From: the human T2T-CHM13v2.0 reference genome, Homo sapiens
Direction: 5' to 3' (one strand)
DNA: 64,000 nt
Assembly: GCF_009914755.1 (NCBI RefSeq)
Contig: NC_060931.1
Shown: positions 40,153-54,869 of the stretch, one piece after another
Layout: each line of letters begins with the position of its first letter
Numbering within the stretch: the stretch's first letter is position 1
The notes under the pieces: model-generated
What the model saw: only the letters and a program-made list of their open reading frames with translations
What the model was told of the DNA's origin: nothing
The model's database searches: none
Position numbers and translations under genes: made by a program

Positions 40153-42109
40153 GGCTATATAAACACCCAAGGTCCCTTCCAAATCTAAACTATAAAGCTC
40201 TGATGCACTTCTCCCTTCTCCATGCTCAGACTGGACTTTGCCACAACAATGCTGCTGATCTCTTCCACAACATTTTACCAAAACCCAAGCTGCTGGACGT
40301 TTCCCCAAACATCCCACACTTTCCACTCAATTCTTCATAGAACAGATCCTTGTATTGCTGGGGTCAATTGGCACATCAGCCAATGCATGATGCCCGTCTT
40401 CAATCATCATGAAAATGCATTTGTGGAGAGATGAGACCATGGTCTGCATCGCAAGAGTAGAAGTGGTGGTCTCTGGGCTGCGGTGAGGAGCTCACCCTCC
40501 CCAAGTGTCTATCAGTCATGGTTTCCCAGGTAACACTGCACTTTACCTCTTTCTTGGAGGACTTTGGATGCTCTTAGAGAAGGAGGAATTGAACTATGTT
40601 GTTTAAAGACCATGGGATTTATAGCATTAAGAAAGCTGCCTGACCTTTTTGAGCAGCTGATTTATCATCCATAACATGGGAGTGTAATGGGATAGGACCT
40701 GCACAGAACCCACCACATGCAAAGAACATGCTAGGTTCCTTTCCTTCATTCCTTGCCTTACTTTTTTTTTTTAACGTCCTTTTATATCATGGAAACACAT
40801 GTTCTTTCCTCACCGCAAAGCTGGAGAAGAGCGGCAAATGGACCACCTGAGTCCTATTTATACTCTGAGAGGACACAAAATTTAGTGAATTCCAAACAGT
40901 TTCACCATGGTACAGGGCATTATACTGCAAAATGATGATGCAGGGGAATTTCTTTCTCCTAAAATAAGTTAATTACAAAACTTGCTTTTGCTCAGAAAGC
41001 TAAAATCTTTATCAGGTTAGGCAAAGTATGAACTGAGGGTTGTGAATGAACTTTAGTTCCCATGAAAGGAACACGTGTGCTATTTATATGAGTCACAGAT
41101 ACGATGGGAGAAACTGACCAGAAACAGAAGGAAAGCCACTCTCCTATGACACACTCCAGTGGGTGGGAAACTCAGTAGGTTAGGATGAATGATGCCTATG
41201 ACCAGAAACTGATGACACTCGCTCCAGAGGTGGTCTTCCTTCTGGTACACTCGATGACCATACCTTATGTTCTAGATTCCACACAGTCAACTTAGGTGGG
41301 TTGGGACACAATTCTCATGACCTGAAATCTCAGGTTATGAAAGAGGTGGCTGGGGTGGGTGGGGAGATGCTGTACACTCACACAAGTGTCAAGCTCATAT
41401 TTCTACACTCTGTGTCCCAGGAAACAATCCTCCTGGGGGCCATGCTATCTTTTCTAGTAGATGGGAAGAAGTGGACCAAAAATAGTCCTTTAATCATTAT
41501 ATTAACTCAGAGGGGAAATGATTAGTATGTCCATTTTACACATGAGGAGTGCTGAAGTTGATAGAAGTTAAGTAACTTGCCCATGGTCATAATGCCAGTA
41601 TGTGGGGATTTGAAATAACCTTATTTTGCGACATGCTCTCTCTACATCATGTTAATGACAAAATGATCCCCAAAGCAATCCTTGCAAAACTTATAAGTTA
41701 ATTATAAATTTAGAACACAGAAATGAAAATGAAGAACCAGAGTTCTGGCCATAAATGAATTCTGTTAAGAGATTTCCAAAATTTAATCAGAGTCCCTCCA
41801 AATTCTATCTTGACACAAAATACGTGTTTTCACTAGATTCCAAAATCTTACCGAAGGTATTTATCTGCTTAAAATAAGTAAACCAAGCTAAAGAAGTATT
41901 CACTTAGCATATGCATTGAGAAAACACTGAAGGAATGATAGTAGAAAACTGAAGTGAGAACTTCTAATAAACTCCCCCAAGGGTATATATGCCCTCTTTC
42001 TAAAAGGACGTTACTTTTTATCGGAGCCCTGGCTTGGGAGTTAGGAAATGTAGATTATACCTTTAAAATATCATTCCAGTTCATCTCCACATCTCACTGC
42101 TTCCTTTGA

Positions 42110-42438
<329 letters not shown>

Positions 42439-42489
42439 CAAATTTACTTCTTACCCAGGTACATTCAGTAATTAGTCTATGAGTACTAA

Positions 42490-43230
42490 ATTCTCATAGT
42501 CTTTTTCCAGAAATGCCTTTATTTTCTCTCACATTAAATCATAATATCACAGTATGTAGAATTCTAAAATGATAGCTATTTTCCCTTTGCATTAGAAAGT
42601 CTTCCTCCCATTAATTTGTTTGATTTTTCTGATGAGAAATTTTCTGTTTATCTAATTTTCCTTCCTGTCTAGATAATCTGTCTCTCTTTGATTGTCATTA
42701 GGATTTTTCTCTTTGGTAATCTCCAGTTCTATTACAATATATAAATGTGTGAATTTTTCTTTTTAACTTGTCTTGGTTTTCATTCTGGAAGCTGTGGTTA
42801 TTTTAATCTCGGTATTTGTATATTCCTTCAATTCTGGGAAATTATCAATCATAATCCCTTCAAAGGTATCTCTCCCTTCAAAAATACCTTTCTATATGAG
42901 TTCCTTTGAGAATTCCCACCAGAAAAATGTTGCATCTGCTGTCTCCCATCTGTCTTAACATCTTTCTTCATCTCTTTGTGATGCTTTCTGGGTGAGTTCC
43001 CTGCTATGTCCTTCAATTATGAATTCTCTCAATAATCTTCATCCCTCTACCTCTCTACTGAGGGCTTCCTTTTAATGACTATACTTTTGATTTCTGGTTC
43101 CATAAACATACCTATGTATTTCTTAGTGTCCAGTTTTAAAATTATATTTATATTCCTTCCTTTATTTATTTAATGCTACTGGTAGACTTGTTAATAATCT
43201 TGTGTATAAACCATTTCCCTTTGCTTGGAT
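42490..43230 (-). mobile_element. L1ME ORF1-region remnant
   Basis: TAGAATTCTA, TTTCTGATGAGAA, CAATTCTGGGAAATT motifs. Confidence 0.6.
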
Positions 43231-43649
43231 TGGCAGGAGTGCAGCTGGGGTGCCTGTAGGGGTGCTGTGGGAGACGTGGCTGGTCATGATGGGTGCTACG
43301 GGTCAAAGTCAGTTCTTGTAAGCAGGGAACTATTAAGAGTTTTTAGTAACAGACTGGTATGACCAGATCTGCACTTAGGATACAGTTCTCTGACAATAGT
43401 AGGTACGATGATTCTGAGTAGGCAGAGATCAGATTTCCGGAGACTCTTGTAATGTTCCAGAAAAGATCTATCTTTGACTGTATCAGTGAGGCTAGCATGG
43501 GTGGAAAGAATGGCAAAGACATTGTGGATGTCCCTCAGTTTGACCTTCCTCAGATAAAAAGAAGCGTTCAGCATCCTGATTTTAACAGGATATATTTGAC
43601 ATGTCTCCTAAGTCACTCGGGTTTTATATGAAATTGCTCCAGTTGTTAA

Positions 43650-43661
43650 TAAACAGGAAGT
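43650..43661 (+). promoter_or_regulatory. FOX::ETS composite motif TAAACAGGAAGT
   Basis: Exact composite consensus inside a repeat-free island. Motif match only. Confidence 0.4.
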
Positions 43662-45913
43662 TCTTTATTCTGGAATTTGGTCACCTCTCTTTGCTTTCAC
43701 TCCAGTTCAACCTGGTGACCAGATACAATTTGAGGTGAAACTTAATCAAGTCCTCATTTTGCTTAAAAAAAAAAAAGTATCTTTTTCTGCCCTGTGGCCA
43801 ATGGAGCTTCCGATCTCAGCAGCCACTGGAGAGAATTTACAGTATGTCAATCCTAAAACATTTTCCAGATGCACTTCCCCATCCAGCACCCTAGCTATGT
43901 CCGATCCATTCTGACTCAGAGCAGGCAGCCTTAGGGTTAGGCAGATGTGCTGGTGCTGTCTGGCCACTTGAGCAGGAGGCAAATTAGATATGCACAGACT
44001 TCATGGCAGGGAGTATTGGCCAAGATTAGGCCTAACATGAACTCTTGTGGGTTTGAAGATTCCTGTGCAAGAACAGTCCTTTTTGAGAATTGGGATAATT
44101 TGTTTTTGGCAAAACACTGTTTCTTTTTTTGAGGGTGAGAAGAAAAGGAGTGTGGGAAAAGCTTTGGAAATCTTGCAAGACCTCTTGGACATGGACTATG
44201 TGTTACAAAACACATTTTGATGAGTTAAGTGTTAACCAATCAAAAACAGACAGATTGTCTTTCCCATGTTGGCTTCAAAATGCGGCAGGGGAAGTGCCAT
44301 TGCTGAATATGGTTGAGAATTGCTGAACCCAGTCATTTACAAAAGAATGTCAGAGTCCATATCATAAGAGGACAGGGTTGAGTTTGCTTGTTCCTTTTCA
44401 CAGAATATGACTGCAACCTTCTGGGAGAAAAAAAAATGAACAATACCAAATCAAAAGCAGCTCCAACTGTCAGCGGAGGGCAGTCCAAAATAAAAATTTC
44501 AAAGGAGAGAGAGATTAGTTTTAAGCCATAATGAACTCTCTTTGTCATTGAAAGCTCATCCAAAAAAAAAAAATAGTTCATGACAACTTTTGACAGGCAA
44601 TGATCTGGATGCTTGATATACACAGACAGTTACTTCTTGCTCTCACCCAGCTCCTAAAGTCTCCCTAGGCAAATAGACTTACAGGCAGATAATTACAATA
44701 TATTGGGATTCTATAGAATTTAATGTAGCAAGGAGGGAAATGCTGACTTTGGTGAGATTGGGAAAGATCTTGCGGAATTGTTGTTTTTAAAGAAGGTCTC
44801 TAAAGATGTTCAGGCATCCCAGAATAAGTAAATAGCATATGCAAAGATTTGGATTCATGAAGGAATTTTGTGACCATACACCAAGAAAGGGAAAGTGTGT
44901 ACACGTTGCAGAAGGTGTGGCCAGAGCCCTTAGGACAGATTGGAAGGGTTCCTGCATGGCATGCTGAGATACTTGAGCCCTAATGCAATGCAATATTTGT
45001 TTAAATAAGGGATTTTACTTTTCAGCTTAGGACTTTATTCAACAGAGATGTGCACTTTTTTTGTGTGAAAAATACCACTGTCTTAGGATGCTGACCCCAT
45101 ATCTATAAAGGAACAAGAGCACTACCTTCTGCATATAGCACAATTAAAACTAAAATATATCACAGAAAGACACAAGATTTCTTACAAAAGACAGTTCAGC
45201 TCAGAGACATGGAGGATAATTTAAATACTGAACATGTCTGAAAGGAGTTCCATAAAAATGAATGGAAGAAATAGGGGAAAAAAGCAGCAGTATAGAAGGG
45301 AATTTTACAGAAATGAGGATTAAAAAGTCTATAGATTGAAAATGGATTCCAAGCACTAAGAAGGATGAATAAACATGAATTCACACCCAGAAATATCAAT
45401 ATCAGTATAGCATATTAAACAAAATAAAACAAGATTAAGAGAAGCTCTTAAAAGCTTTGAGGCAGATGAAAGAAATTACCTAGGCAAGAATGGAAAATAG
45501 CAGCCTTCTCAGAGATATCTTCAGAGTAAAGGGAAAACAACCATCAAGCTCGGAGTTTATATCCAGCCAAATAAACTGTTACTAAAGAGTAGGGAAAAAT
45601 AACAACATTTTCAAACTTGTAAAGTTTTTGAAAGTTTACCATCCTCACAGTTCCCAAAAAAGCTACCAAGAAATGAGTTTCTGAAAGAAAAGAAGCAAAA
45701 ATAGAGGTGTTGGAATAAAATTTAACCAATAATATTGATAACATGTCTTCTTAAATGTTTTTATTTTTAAACTTTTTGTTTATTATTTGTTTTTGCTATT
45801 TTATTTTGCTGTTCATATTAACTTATTATGATTAGGATATTTTAATTGAAAAAATACTAATTTTTAAAGGACAAAATTAAACTCCAGACAACAATAACAA
45901 GAGTGGGAAATAG

Positions 45914-46289
<376 letters not shown>

Positions 46290-48229
46290 TAGGAAAGTAT
46301 ACTGAATAATTTTCAACTTCACTAGAATAATATACAGTTAAATGTATATGTTAGAATTTTAAAGTAACCACTAAAATAATAAAAATGCAATCCATATATA
46401 TTCCAATCCAACATTAAAAGTGAGAAAAAAATTTTAAAAAAACAAATGTTTTTTAGTTCCACAGAGCACAGAAAAGGAGAAAAAAGGGCAAAGAAAGAAA
46501 ATGTTCTTTGAAACATAAAACTGTATGGTTGAAATAAATCCAAATATATTATTAATCATAATAAATATATACAGATCATACATGAAAATTGAAAGGCAGA
46601 AATTATCATGCTAGGTAAAATAAAATAAGATCTAAGATTCAACTTACAAGATATGCCTCTACGGTAAAAACACACAGAAAGGCTAAAATTGAAAGGAGGA
46701 ATAAATATGTTTTAATAATAATCCAAAACAAAATAATACAACAGTATTAACATCAAACAAAATTTACATTAAGGCAAAGCATGTTAATAAGTATAAACAG
46801 AGGCTACAACATGATCATAATAGAACAATCATCAGGAAGTTAGAGTAATCATAAATTTGTACGGGCCTAACTCCAAAACCTCAAATATAGAAATCCTGAA
46901 TTAACAAAATTAGGAGATAATTGACAAGCCAATGAAGAATTTAACACAATTGTATTAGAAACTGATTGCTTAAGCCTAAAAATCAGAAGTAAGGAGAGAA
47001 AACTTTTGAAAAATTCTATTAATAGACCTCAGAGAGATCTGGTCTCCTGGATTGATATAATATGGAACCATATTTCCAACCAATATATGTGTTTTTTTCA
47101 ACAATGCTTGGAAATTTTAAATGATATATCTTTAAACTAAGGTTTCTCAGGACATGTCTTCTTTTGACACGTTTTCTCCTATTTTTCACTCAGATTTATT
47201 TTCTATGACTTATGTCTTCCATGTGTCTACTGAAGAGTCATCTAGCCAGTCAGATGGTGTCTACTGTGGCTGTGATTTGAGACTGATGCGTCTCCTGGGA
47301 GCTTCCCAACTTGACCAATGTCTTCCTCTTCAGCCTTTGAACAGTCGTCAGTAATAAGATTTAGTCACACTGATGTGAGTTGAATTTCAACTTGTGGCCT
47401 CGAGTTCAGAGGTGCTCATTTTCATTTTCTGAAGAAGAAAGTTTCTGTCTGGGACCCTCCCTGCCTTTGGAGGGAGACACGCAAGTCCGGAGGTTATTCG
47501 TGCCCTTTGGAACTCTTCCTGGGAGAGTCCAAGGAATGTCGTAGAATCAACCCGAAAATGACAAACACTCACCAGTGCCCTTGAATGCCGTCACTATCTC
47601 TGACTCCATTAGCCTTTTATGGTCTTTTCCAAAAAGAACCTAATTAAGTTATCAGAACGGGTCAGGCCATATGTGTCTTCTGACCTCAACTCATCTCTCC
47701 AGGCTTCTACTATTGGGCTGGAATGCTGCCTGTTTTTACTTTCCCAGAAACATAGAGAAATTAATATGCCATCCTTCATAAGTGACAATGATGCTATGGC
47801 CATACTCTAGGCTAGACGTTCATTGTGCCATGATAAGAGGTTTCCATGGAGCCATAACAACCACTTACATCCCCACCGCCCTCACACTTTACCAAGCCTT
47901 TTCCTAAGCTGGTGTCATCTGATATGACCCCAAATCTTATTATATAGGCAAGAGAAGTATTATCCTCTTTATTTGAGAAATTTGAGACTAACAGAATTAA
48001 AAGCGATATCCTGATTTTCACACGGCTTTCTGGAGATGTAAAAATTAAAACTGACATTTTCTAACTCAAATTCTTACCCTCTTCTCACACTCTTTTTGGC
48101 TGTGTCGTACATTTCAAGCTGGATCTATGGGTGGAAGTGCCCTGGGCACTGTTGCTCAGCAACAAAATTCACTCTTCTGAGAGGACCTGACAACACCTGA
48201 ATATACCCAAATTACAATTTGGCAAAAGA

Positions 48230-48450
48230 CACACACTCTGAAGCCAGACTGCTTGGGCTCAAATTCTGACTCCAACACACAGTCTAAGCTGTGTGACCTT
48301 GGGCAAGTTTCTTAACCTCTCTGTATGTCAAGTTTCTTCAACTATAAAATGGGGATATGAATTTCACCTAAGGTTGTTATAGGATTCTATAAGTAAATAC
48401 TACACTCAAAGTGTCCAGAATAGTGCCTGGCAATTAATAAGTACTTGCTG
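48230..48450 (+). mobile_element. MIR
   Basis: CTCTGAAGCCAGACTGC…GCTGTGTGACCTTGGGCAAGTTTCTTAACCTCTCTG. Confidence 0.9.
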
Positions 48451-49042
48451 CTGTGATGTTGTCATTGATGTCGCTGTTGCTATAGAATCAGGATTGTTTG
48501 GCTCAGGCAATGACCAGTGTTTAACTGCTGTGACCAAAACACCACAAACATGCCAGGATCTGAGGTTAGCTTAGAGGAAAGGGAAACCCTTCCTTCATTG
48601 ATGAGGTGGAGAGGATGGTCTCATTGTAAAAAGAAAAGCCAGGTGGGTCTGCACAGATGAGCGGGTTAGAGAGGCACACAGGCCTTCTCCTGGTTGCCGT
48701 GTTCCCAGACACAGAACATCGCCACTGCAGCCACGGTGAATTTTCTCCTTCTTAGGGATTTTCTCCAACTCTGTAACCAGCTCACGAATCTCATCCCTTC
48801 TTACCTCCACAGGCCTTTGTGTCTCCCCTGCACCCCCTTGTTTTGGATTCATTTTAGAAAAGAATGAACTTGAGTACCTAAAGTGCCAAGAGCCCAATCC
48901 TGCTGATGACAGAAGTCGATGTTCCAGTCACTGAGGCCTGACATGTTCACTCTTCTTTTGTCATCACCTGGTTCACTTCGGTGCCTAACATTTGCTGGTT
49001 CAAGTACAAATCTGAAGGGTGCCACAGTGGACAGAGTGTTAG

Positions 49043-49711
<669 letters not shown>

Positions 49712-52045
49712 TTCACTACTCTTTGGAGCCCGAAAGCCCTGTCCCAGACCCTGAGACCATGACAGCTCTCATACTGTGCCTGCGTCCTCCAGCCTATCTG
49801 GTTTTGTCATTGTCATGGGCTGTCAGGGGAGCAGACCCTTGACTTCCTGGGCTCCATGAATAATTACTGTGGTTTCTGGCAGGAACTCCCTGTCTTCCCA
49901 CCACCCAGCCCGCCACCCTTGTCCTCTCCCTCTTCCAGGAAGCCTGCTTGTTCCTTCTGCTCTCTCCAGCCTGTGCTCTCAAGCACCACTCGCAGGCCTC
50001 GCCAGCTGATTTTCTGGGTCTTCTCTGCCCTTCCTTAGAGAGTGCATTTCTTTGGTCCTGCATGTCTTGTTCACTCCAGTTTTCTCACTTGGCTCCTCAC
50101 AGCCCATCCCAGAGACCACACATCCACTTAGCCTTACGTAAGCAAAGCTGGGTTCAGCATCACCCAGCAATGCCACACACACCTCCTGACGAGGCTGGCC
50201 TGCTCCTACCTTGGAAAGCCACCATTTCCTTCCCCCGTGAAATGCAAAATGCCAAATTTACTCTAGGAAAGTAAAATTAGTTTGTGGTCATGGGGGTTGT
50301 TTGCCCCTCCGTTTGTGGCCTGTCTTGAGGGAGCTGTCATTGTTTGCTGTTTGTGCAGTTCAGGTGTGCAACTAACACCTCTTCCTTTGCACATCAGCCC
50401 CAGGAGGGGACTATTCCTGAGATATGCAGAACAGCTCTGTAGTCCACCTGAGGATCCTGACCATACAAGCTTCAGGCCTCAGGTTCTAACTAACATTTAA
50501 GTACATTTCAATTAAACATCACATTTCAGACTAATATGTCTTTAAAGTAAATGCACTAGGGAGATATGGAAGCCCCATGACACATTTAGCAATCACATTT
50601 TCTCGAATTAGTAGCTAATGGTACATGAAGTGAGGTCTCCTGTTCAAACCCAGAGCTCAGCTGTATGGAAGTCCTGTCTTTCTTCCCTACTTCTATTTGC
50701 CATTGAAACTTCTCCCTTGGCAGCTCAGCTGCTATGGAGTGCCTTACTTCTGCCTGGGAAACATCTTCACTTCCCCATCTAGTAATATGGGAGATATTTA
50801 CTTTTTCTCTGTATTTCCCTATTAGCCTGTATATCTATATATCTATATATCTATATATATTTTTCATCCATGCCCTCTATCTCCAAAAGGCATCTGTTTA
50901 GGGTATCTATGCCCACATCCTGATATCCCAGTCCCTTCAGCTGACAGTTAACCCCACAGCACTTTCAGACCCAAAGTGAGGTCCACTGGTGTTTTTGCAT
51001 GTTATATAATACTTACACGCACATATATGTGTATGTATATGTGTATATATATATATCTGTGTGTACATATATATATATGTAGATATTCAGCTGTCAGTGT
51101 TATCATTATGTCTGGCAGATTTATAAACAACAGCTTTTAGACGCTCAGTTAGAGTTTACATCATTGAAACCCACAACAGATTGAAAAATAAAACGGAAAA
51201 TTTACTGGAATGGTAACCATCCTCTTCCCACTGGCTCCAGGATGTGATATCCAGAACAAGAAGATTCCAGGATGTGAGGCACAAAGGAGGCTGCTGTAAA
51301 GATCCCCTAATTGGGGCTCTCTCCTCCCACCCTGCACTCCCCAATACCACTGGCCCAACCCATTGCAGATGTCTGTGGTCCTGCTGTGAGGAATAGGAAT
51401 GCCTTTGAATTAGCAATGTTTTAATACTAAGAGAGTAAGTAACTGAGGGAGCCAAATTTGGTCTGCTAATGTAAACTGCTTTATCAGATCCTTTCCAGTT
51501 TGATAACAACTAAGAATATTTCCCCAGAAGAGGACAAACTATAGGAAAAATTGCAAAGGTTGGGGGTGGGGACTTAAAATGGGAACAGATGAGCAAGTGT
51601 CCTGGGGAGGTCAAAAAGGGGGCAGAATCCAAAGAGCCTGAGGCACTCCTTGCCTTCTTCACCACCCACAGAGACCTGTTCTGGATAACCTGTGGCTCTG
51701 GGCTCCGGTGGGCAATTCCGGCCCTCACCACACCTGTCAGCTTTTGAGTGTCTGTCCATCCATAAGTCAGATCAGAAATTCTTAGCAAACTCAGCTTCTC
51801 TCCCAGCCCATCCACCCCACAAACACTGCCCCTCATACACCTTCCCACCATGAGAACAATCCTCTTTCAGGTCTTTGAATATCAAAGAACTCTCTTTAGG
51901 TCATAGATCATCCTTTCCCAACCAGCCATAGACAAGTGGCTGGAGGGAATAAGAAACCAGGAGATGGAATAATAATGGTATTTATTAAATAGATGATATG
52001 GAAATATATAGTAATGGCATTTCTTATAGAATAGACTTATGTAAT

Positions 52046-52478
52046 TGTTACCAGAGCACCAGGCATTCAGTCTAGGTCCCATTGCTCACTGCACAGAAAG
52101 CCAATCGCTGAGACAATGAGTATCGCCAGGAAAGAAAGGCTTTGTTCAGGTGATGTCAACAAGGAGAATGGGAGAGGAGTCTCAAATTCATCCCCCCGAC
52201 TTGGGGGGTTTGTACGGTGGGGGAAGGAAGGTAGCTACATGCAGGAAGGATTGAAGGAGAGATAAGGAAGTAATCACGACAAATGAGGGGTCTGTCTTCT
52301 CGTTGTCTGGGAGTAGCAATCTGGCAAGTTTCAGTCCCTTGCCTGAGAGTGGGTTTCCTGAGGAAGAAACTCAGATGAAACAAGTGTAAGTTTCAAGTTT
52401 AAAGACTGGAAAGGTCAATTTCCATGTTTATTCAAAAACTCATAAATATCATTTTTATGCGACAATTTGGTTGTTTTA
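52046..52478 (-). mobile_element. LOR1-like ERV1 solo LTR
   Basis: TTTCCTGAGGAAGAAACTCAGAT…AAGTTTCAAGTTTAAAGAC…GGTCAATTTC; perfect TSD TAAT. Confidence 0.8.
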
Positions 52479-53762
52479 TAATACTTATGAAATAGATAAT
52501 AGTATATATAGTTAAATTTTCCATCCCTCAATTTCTTATCTTCAAAATGGCAATAACAATAGCATGTACAGAATAGAGTTTTAAAGATTAAATAAGCTGA
52601 TATCTGTAAAAACTTGCTTGGAAAATAGTAAGTGTTCAGTAAATATTATTTATTGCTATGACTATTTCTGCAGAATCTTTAGGATTTAAGAAAAGTTGAG
52701 TAGCAAGGAATAGATTCCCACCTGCATCTGGGTCGTTAGTTGTAGTCAGAGTTGGTGCCAAAATATTCCAAGTGTTAATCCTCCCACATACACACACTAC
52801 TCCCCATGTGAAATGAACTCAGGTAAAAGCAGAGAACCATGTGGTCAATTAGGAGGAACTGGCAGAGACCACTAATTTTTGGGAAAACTCATTTCTGACT
52901 TTTTTCAGATCAAACAGAGCTGTGAGCAAATTTTTTCTGGCTGTAAGGAAGGAACACATTCATAAACCAAAGACACAGACCTATGAGGTGTGCAACTTCC
53001 TGTTTCCTTGGTGAATGCTTCAGAAAACATTCAGTTGGGAATTTAAAATTTTTCCATTTGCTGTCACCCTTCAAAGCTCGTTGAAGAATGGATGGGGTGA
53101 GTCAGGGAGCTGGTTTGGGGATAGACTTGGGGGAGGCTTCCACACTCTTCCTTGATTTTGTAGTAACTCACAGAGACCAGTGACCTTTGCATTCTGACTC
53201 TGGCTCTGGGTAAGGGTGTGTGACTCCTTAAATGCACAGACCCAAAGCTTCTGAAAAGCATAAGGTATTTCGTGCAAGTCAATGACTAAACCATTCAGGG
53301 AAAATGGAACCCTATTCTCTTACAAAAATATCTCTTGGGTTAGTGTTCCACTCTGATGGCTCATTCTCAAGATATAACTGTTTAATTAATTCAAATAAGT
53401 TTGTTTTGACCTTTCTTGACCTTTCTGTGGCTCTTGACAAGGCAGGCATCGGCTCCATCTTGAAACCCTCCTCCCGGGGCTTCAGGTACTAGTCTTTCTT
53501 GGTTTCTTTCCTCTTTCCCCCACCACAGTTTCTCAGCTCCGCTGCTAATAGATCCTCTTTCTACAACTGCTTCTGAAATGCCTGGACATTCAGAGTTTCA
53601 TATTTATTCTTTTTCACATTTTAATTCTAACCAATGGTTTTTAATCTTTTCTGGCGACCAATCAATTCAAGAAATCTGATGAATCTATGGATTTTGTCAC
53701 TGTAAAATTCACACTCTTACATCTGAAATGTTACACACGACTTCGGGGGATCCCCAGCCCAC

Positions 53763-54869
53763 TGTAATGACCCCACAGCACCCCAGAGGATCTGTGTGGG
53801 AAAGAAAAAAAGCAGCCCGTGAGACTCAGGAACTTGTCTGACTCTCGGAGCAGGGCCTCTGTGCTGAGAAGGTTGCTGGTGCTCACATGGAAGATGGAGG
53901 ATGTCTTATCCTCCTGTCGTATATGAACCATCTCACAGAACACCAGAAACACCAACATCAGACAAGAGCACTTTGAGACCATAATAATCACAGACAAAAA
54001 CAAGGTGACCATGTAACTAACAAAATACTGCACCTACCCCCTACCCCAGCAAATATGAAAGATGTTTTCAATTACTTCTTTATCAATTACAGCTGTATCC
54101 TCACTCTCTCATCTTCCATTTCTATAGAGAAGATTTATTTAGATACTCAGCCATAGAATTGTCTCTGCTTTCTTTTCACTTATTTTTGGTAACAGCTTTA
54201 TTAAGATATGTTAATAATTCATACAGCATACAATTTACCTATTTAAAGTGCTCAATTCGATGATTTTTCCAGTATATTTAGAATTGTTCAACCATCATAA
54301 GAATGAATTTTTGAACATTTTCATCTCCTACAAAAGAAACCCTGCACCCCTTATCAATAACCCCCAATCGGCTCATTCCCCCAACCCTAAGCAACCACTA
54401 ATCAACTTTGTCTCTCTGTATATTTTCCCATTCTGAACATTCCCCATAAAGGGAATCTAATAATACATGTTATTTCTGTGTGGGGGACAGAGGGAGGGCT
54501 GGCTTCTGTCAGTTGGTATAGTGTTTTAGGTTCATCCATTTAGCAGTATAGCATTCCTTTTTACGGGAAAATGGTATTCAACATGTATTTCAATATTATT
54601 TCAATGGATATACCATGTTTTGTTTATCCGTTCATTAACTGATAGACATTTGGGTTGCCCTTGTTTTCTGACAGCACCCAATCTAGAACAAACCCCTGCT
54701 TTCTTAAACCCACCTTAAATCACCCAACTACAGCCAAAGTCTTATCATAAGTCCTTTCTAATACCATCTTATGGAGACACCCCACAGTTCTCCAGGATAC
54801 ATGTTTTTCCTTACTGCAATGAGTAATAAACCCAAGCCTTTGGTGGTCTTTGGCTGGAGAACATTGACA
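53763..54869 (+). mobile_element. MER90-like ERV1 LTR split by an L1MB
   Basis: TGTAA start; end GTAATAAACCCAA…TGGTGGTCTTTGGCTGGAGAACATTGACA. Confidence 0.55.
54176..54660 (-). mobile_element. L1MB 3' end
   Basis: AACAGCTTTATTAAGATA…AAAAGAAACCCTG…GCAACCACTAATC…GACATTTGGGTTG; TSD (C/T)TG(C/T)TTTCT. Confidence 0.88.

Noticed and set aside
47566-47580. Strong minus-strand donor CTG|GTGAGT
   Set aside because: No convincing upstream acceptor or coding frame.
50828-51085. TA-rich short repeats
   Set aside because: Short degenerate simple repeats with no distinguishing feature.
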